Part shown: one piece after another, positions 62,379 to 64,000 of the stretch
Position numbering within the stretch: position 1 is the first letter of the stretch
Layout of the letters: each line of letters begins with the position of its first letter
From: a virus
DNA length: 64,000 nucleotides
IMG/VR virus record: IMGVR_UViG_3300033402_000312
Direction: 5' to 3' (one strand)
Position numbers and translations under genes: made by a program
Notes under the pieces: generated by a model
What the model saw: only the letters and a program-made list of their open reading frames with translations
Database searches by the model: none
What the model was told of the DNA's origin: nothing

Positions 62379-62999
62379 ATGAACATACTTACGAAACCCA
62401 ACGTTTGGTTCACCAGCGACTACCACATTTTTCACGTGAATATCCTCAGGCTCGGCGACGGGCGACCCTTCGCCGACGTGGGGGAAATGCACGCGGCGAT
62501 AGCCGACCGCCACAACGCGGTCGTGAAGCCCGGCGACCGGGTCTTCAACCTCGGGGACTTCGCCCTCAAATGCACGTGGGAGCAAGCCTACGTCTTTCGC
62601 CAGCGGCTCGTGGGTCAGCAGCACTTCCTCTTCGGCAACCACGACAACGTTGCTTGGGAGATGATCCGAAACGTGCCGGACTGCTTCGTGCGGTCGTGGG
62701 GCGACCCGGACTCCCCCGGAGCGCACGTCCTCAGGCTCAAGGGCTACGACGTCCCGAAGATCACGCTGTGCCACTTCGCCATGCGCACGTTTCCCTCGTC
62801 CCACAAGGGGGGCTGGCAGCTTTACGGGCACTCGCACAGCCAGTTGCCGGAAGAGCCGACTTGGCTCGCGTTCGACATAGGCGTGGATTGCTGGGATTAC
62901 CGCCCGGTCAGTATTGAAGAAGTGGCGCAGAAGATGAAAGCTAAGATTCCCGCTTGGGAAAAATGGCGTGCGACCTTGCCGGAAGGAAGAATGGAATAA
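62379..62999 (+). CDS. metallophosphoesterase (calcineurin-like)
   Basis: WFTSDYHIFH, LGDF, GNHD and YGHSH motifs. Confidence 0.8.
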   Translation: MNILTKPNVWFTSDYHIFHVNILRLGDGRPFADVGEMHAAIADRHNAVVKPGDRVFNLGDFALKCTWEQAYVFRQRLVGQQHFLFGNHDNVAWEMIRNVPDCFVRSWGDPDSPGAHVLRLKGYDVPKITLCHFAMRTFPSSHKGGWQLYGHSHSQLPEEPTWLAFDIGVDCWDYRPVSIEEVAQKMKAKIPAWEKWRATLPEGRME

Positions 63000-63343
63000 T
63001 GTCAGAAGTTTTCGATGAAAAAGGCGGGCAGCCGCTGCCCATCACTACCAGGAAGAGCGTGGATGTGGCTATGGAAGTAGCGGAAGAGTTAAAGAGTCGA
63101 GGCTTGGGCGATGTCGCCGACGACGTCGAAGCTCGCATCCGTATCGGGGAGCGCAAATACGGCAAGAGGCTTCAATCCTACAACGGCAGGGATGCCGTCA
63201 AGGACTTGTATGACGAGGTTCTCGACGCTTTGAATTATTCTAAGCAGCTTGAGATAGAGGGCAAGGACGACGGTTCCTTCTTCAAGCGACTTGTCGCTTT
63301 GGCCGCAACTGTCAAGTTGCGGCTGGACAACCCCGCGCAATGA
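62999..63343 (+). CDS. hypothetical protein
   Basis: Internal ATG overlapping the upstream TAA. 114 aa. Confidence 0.4.
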   Translation: MSEVFDEKGGQPLPITTRKSVDVAMEVAEELKSRGLGDVADDVEARIRIGERKYGKRLQSYNGRDAVKDLYDEVLDALNYSKQLEIEGKDDGSFFKRLVALAATVKLRLDNPAQ

Positions 63344-63436
63344 GCGACGAGGTCGCATTCTTTCTGCTCTACGGGGGAACGATGCTCGGCGTCGTGCTGC
63401 TGACTTTCTTTCTGAGCCGAAGGGAAAAACGGTGAT

Positions 63437-64000
63437 GCTGCACGCGCAAGCATTGGGGGTGCTCCAGATGAACGAGATGTACGAGGCGGCAGCGAAGCAT
63501 TTCGCCGAGCGCGTCAATGCCATATTTGTTTCAGAGCAGACGCTCGAAGCCGCGTTCAAGCTCCTCTACCCCGGCCTGCCCTTCGACCGCACCGATCACT
63601 GGGCGCATGTCTTCGAGACCTTGCTTAACGAGGCGTGGGACGCCAAGGGTCCGGTCGTCAAGGGCAACCCGACTGCCATCGACCGCCTGCACATCATCCG
63701 GGCGTTGCACCCGCTGCTCGACTACAACCTGTTCACGCAGGCGCTCCTCAACCTCCAAGGCTACACGGGCGTGTTCTACCTGACCGGGGACGCGCAAAAG
63801 GAAATCGACCGCCTGAAGCAGGACTGGGCGGCAAAGCAGCGGAAGTCCGACCCGTTCGCGCCGAAGGCCAGGATGGTCAAGCAAGCCGAGGCGGCGACGG
63901 AGGAGCAGAGGGAGTTCAACAACGTCCTGTCCACGCTTCGGGCGCTGCGCATCATCACGCAGTTCACGCCGCAGATCAGCTTCAGGGTCAGTCCGAAAAA
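63437..64000 (+). CDS. hypothetical protein, partial (continues beyond window end)
   Basis: Open frame from ATG 63437 (GTG 63434) to the window edge. MLHAQALGVLQMNEMYEAAAKHFAERV.. Confidence 0.4.

Noticed and set aside
1-64000. CRISPR arrays
   Set aside because: Looked for repeat-spacer periodicity and found none. The only notable tandem repeats are protein-coding (Pro-rich repeats at 58333-58440, poly-Pro at 14990-15040).
1-64000. Integrase/excisionase or CI-like repressor
   Set aside because: No tyrosine or serine recombinase motifs recognised in any frame in this window. Lysogeny status therefore cannot be called from this window.

Overview
The window looks like a segment of a GC-rich (about 60% GC) tailed-phage or prophage genome. 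Positions 1-23,488 are mostly minus-strand genes: a tail and lysis module containing a tape-measure protein, an SLT-domain tail lysin, large baseplate/fibre-like proteins, an RlpA-like protein and a GH108-type endolysin. Free-standing GIY-YIG and HNH endonucleases and plus-strand 'moron' genes are inserted in it. From 23,621 to the end, nearly all genes are on the plus strand. They encode replication, recombination and nucleotide-metabolism functions: an AEP primase-polymerase fused to a helicase-like domain, a class II ribonucleotide reductase, a DinG-like helicase, a DnaQ exonuclease, HU, RuvC-like, RecA-like, SbcC/Rad50-like and Mre11/SbcD-like proteins, two metallophosphoesterases, a gamma-glutamyl cyclotransferase and two nucleoside-deoxyribosyltransferase-fold proteins. 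A phage-encoded ECF-type sigma factor is also present. The most unusual region is 33.4-37.5 kb. A strong sigma70-like promoter is followed by a 44-codon Ala/Val/Gly-rich leader ORF and a mutually exclusive antiterminator/terminator pair. Downstream is an array of about 16 tRNAs that decode every GNN codon (Val x3, Ala x3-4, Gly x3, Glu x2, Asp) plus Cys. A complete bacterial type-A RNase P RNA gene sits inside this array, along with small protein genes (DUF4031, an Hjc-like nuclease). A promoter motif [T/C]GG[A/C]C[A/T]-N18-TATACT recurs upstream of several plus-strand moron and early genes. All calls rest on manual reading of the six-frame ORF track and motif recognition. No database searches were run.
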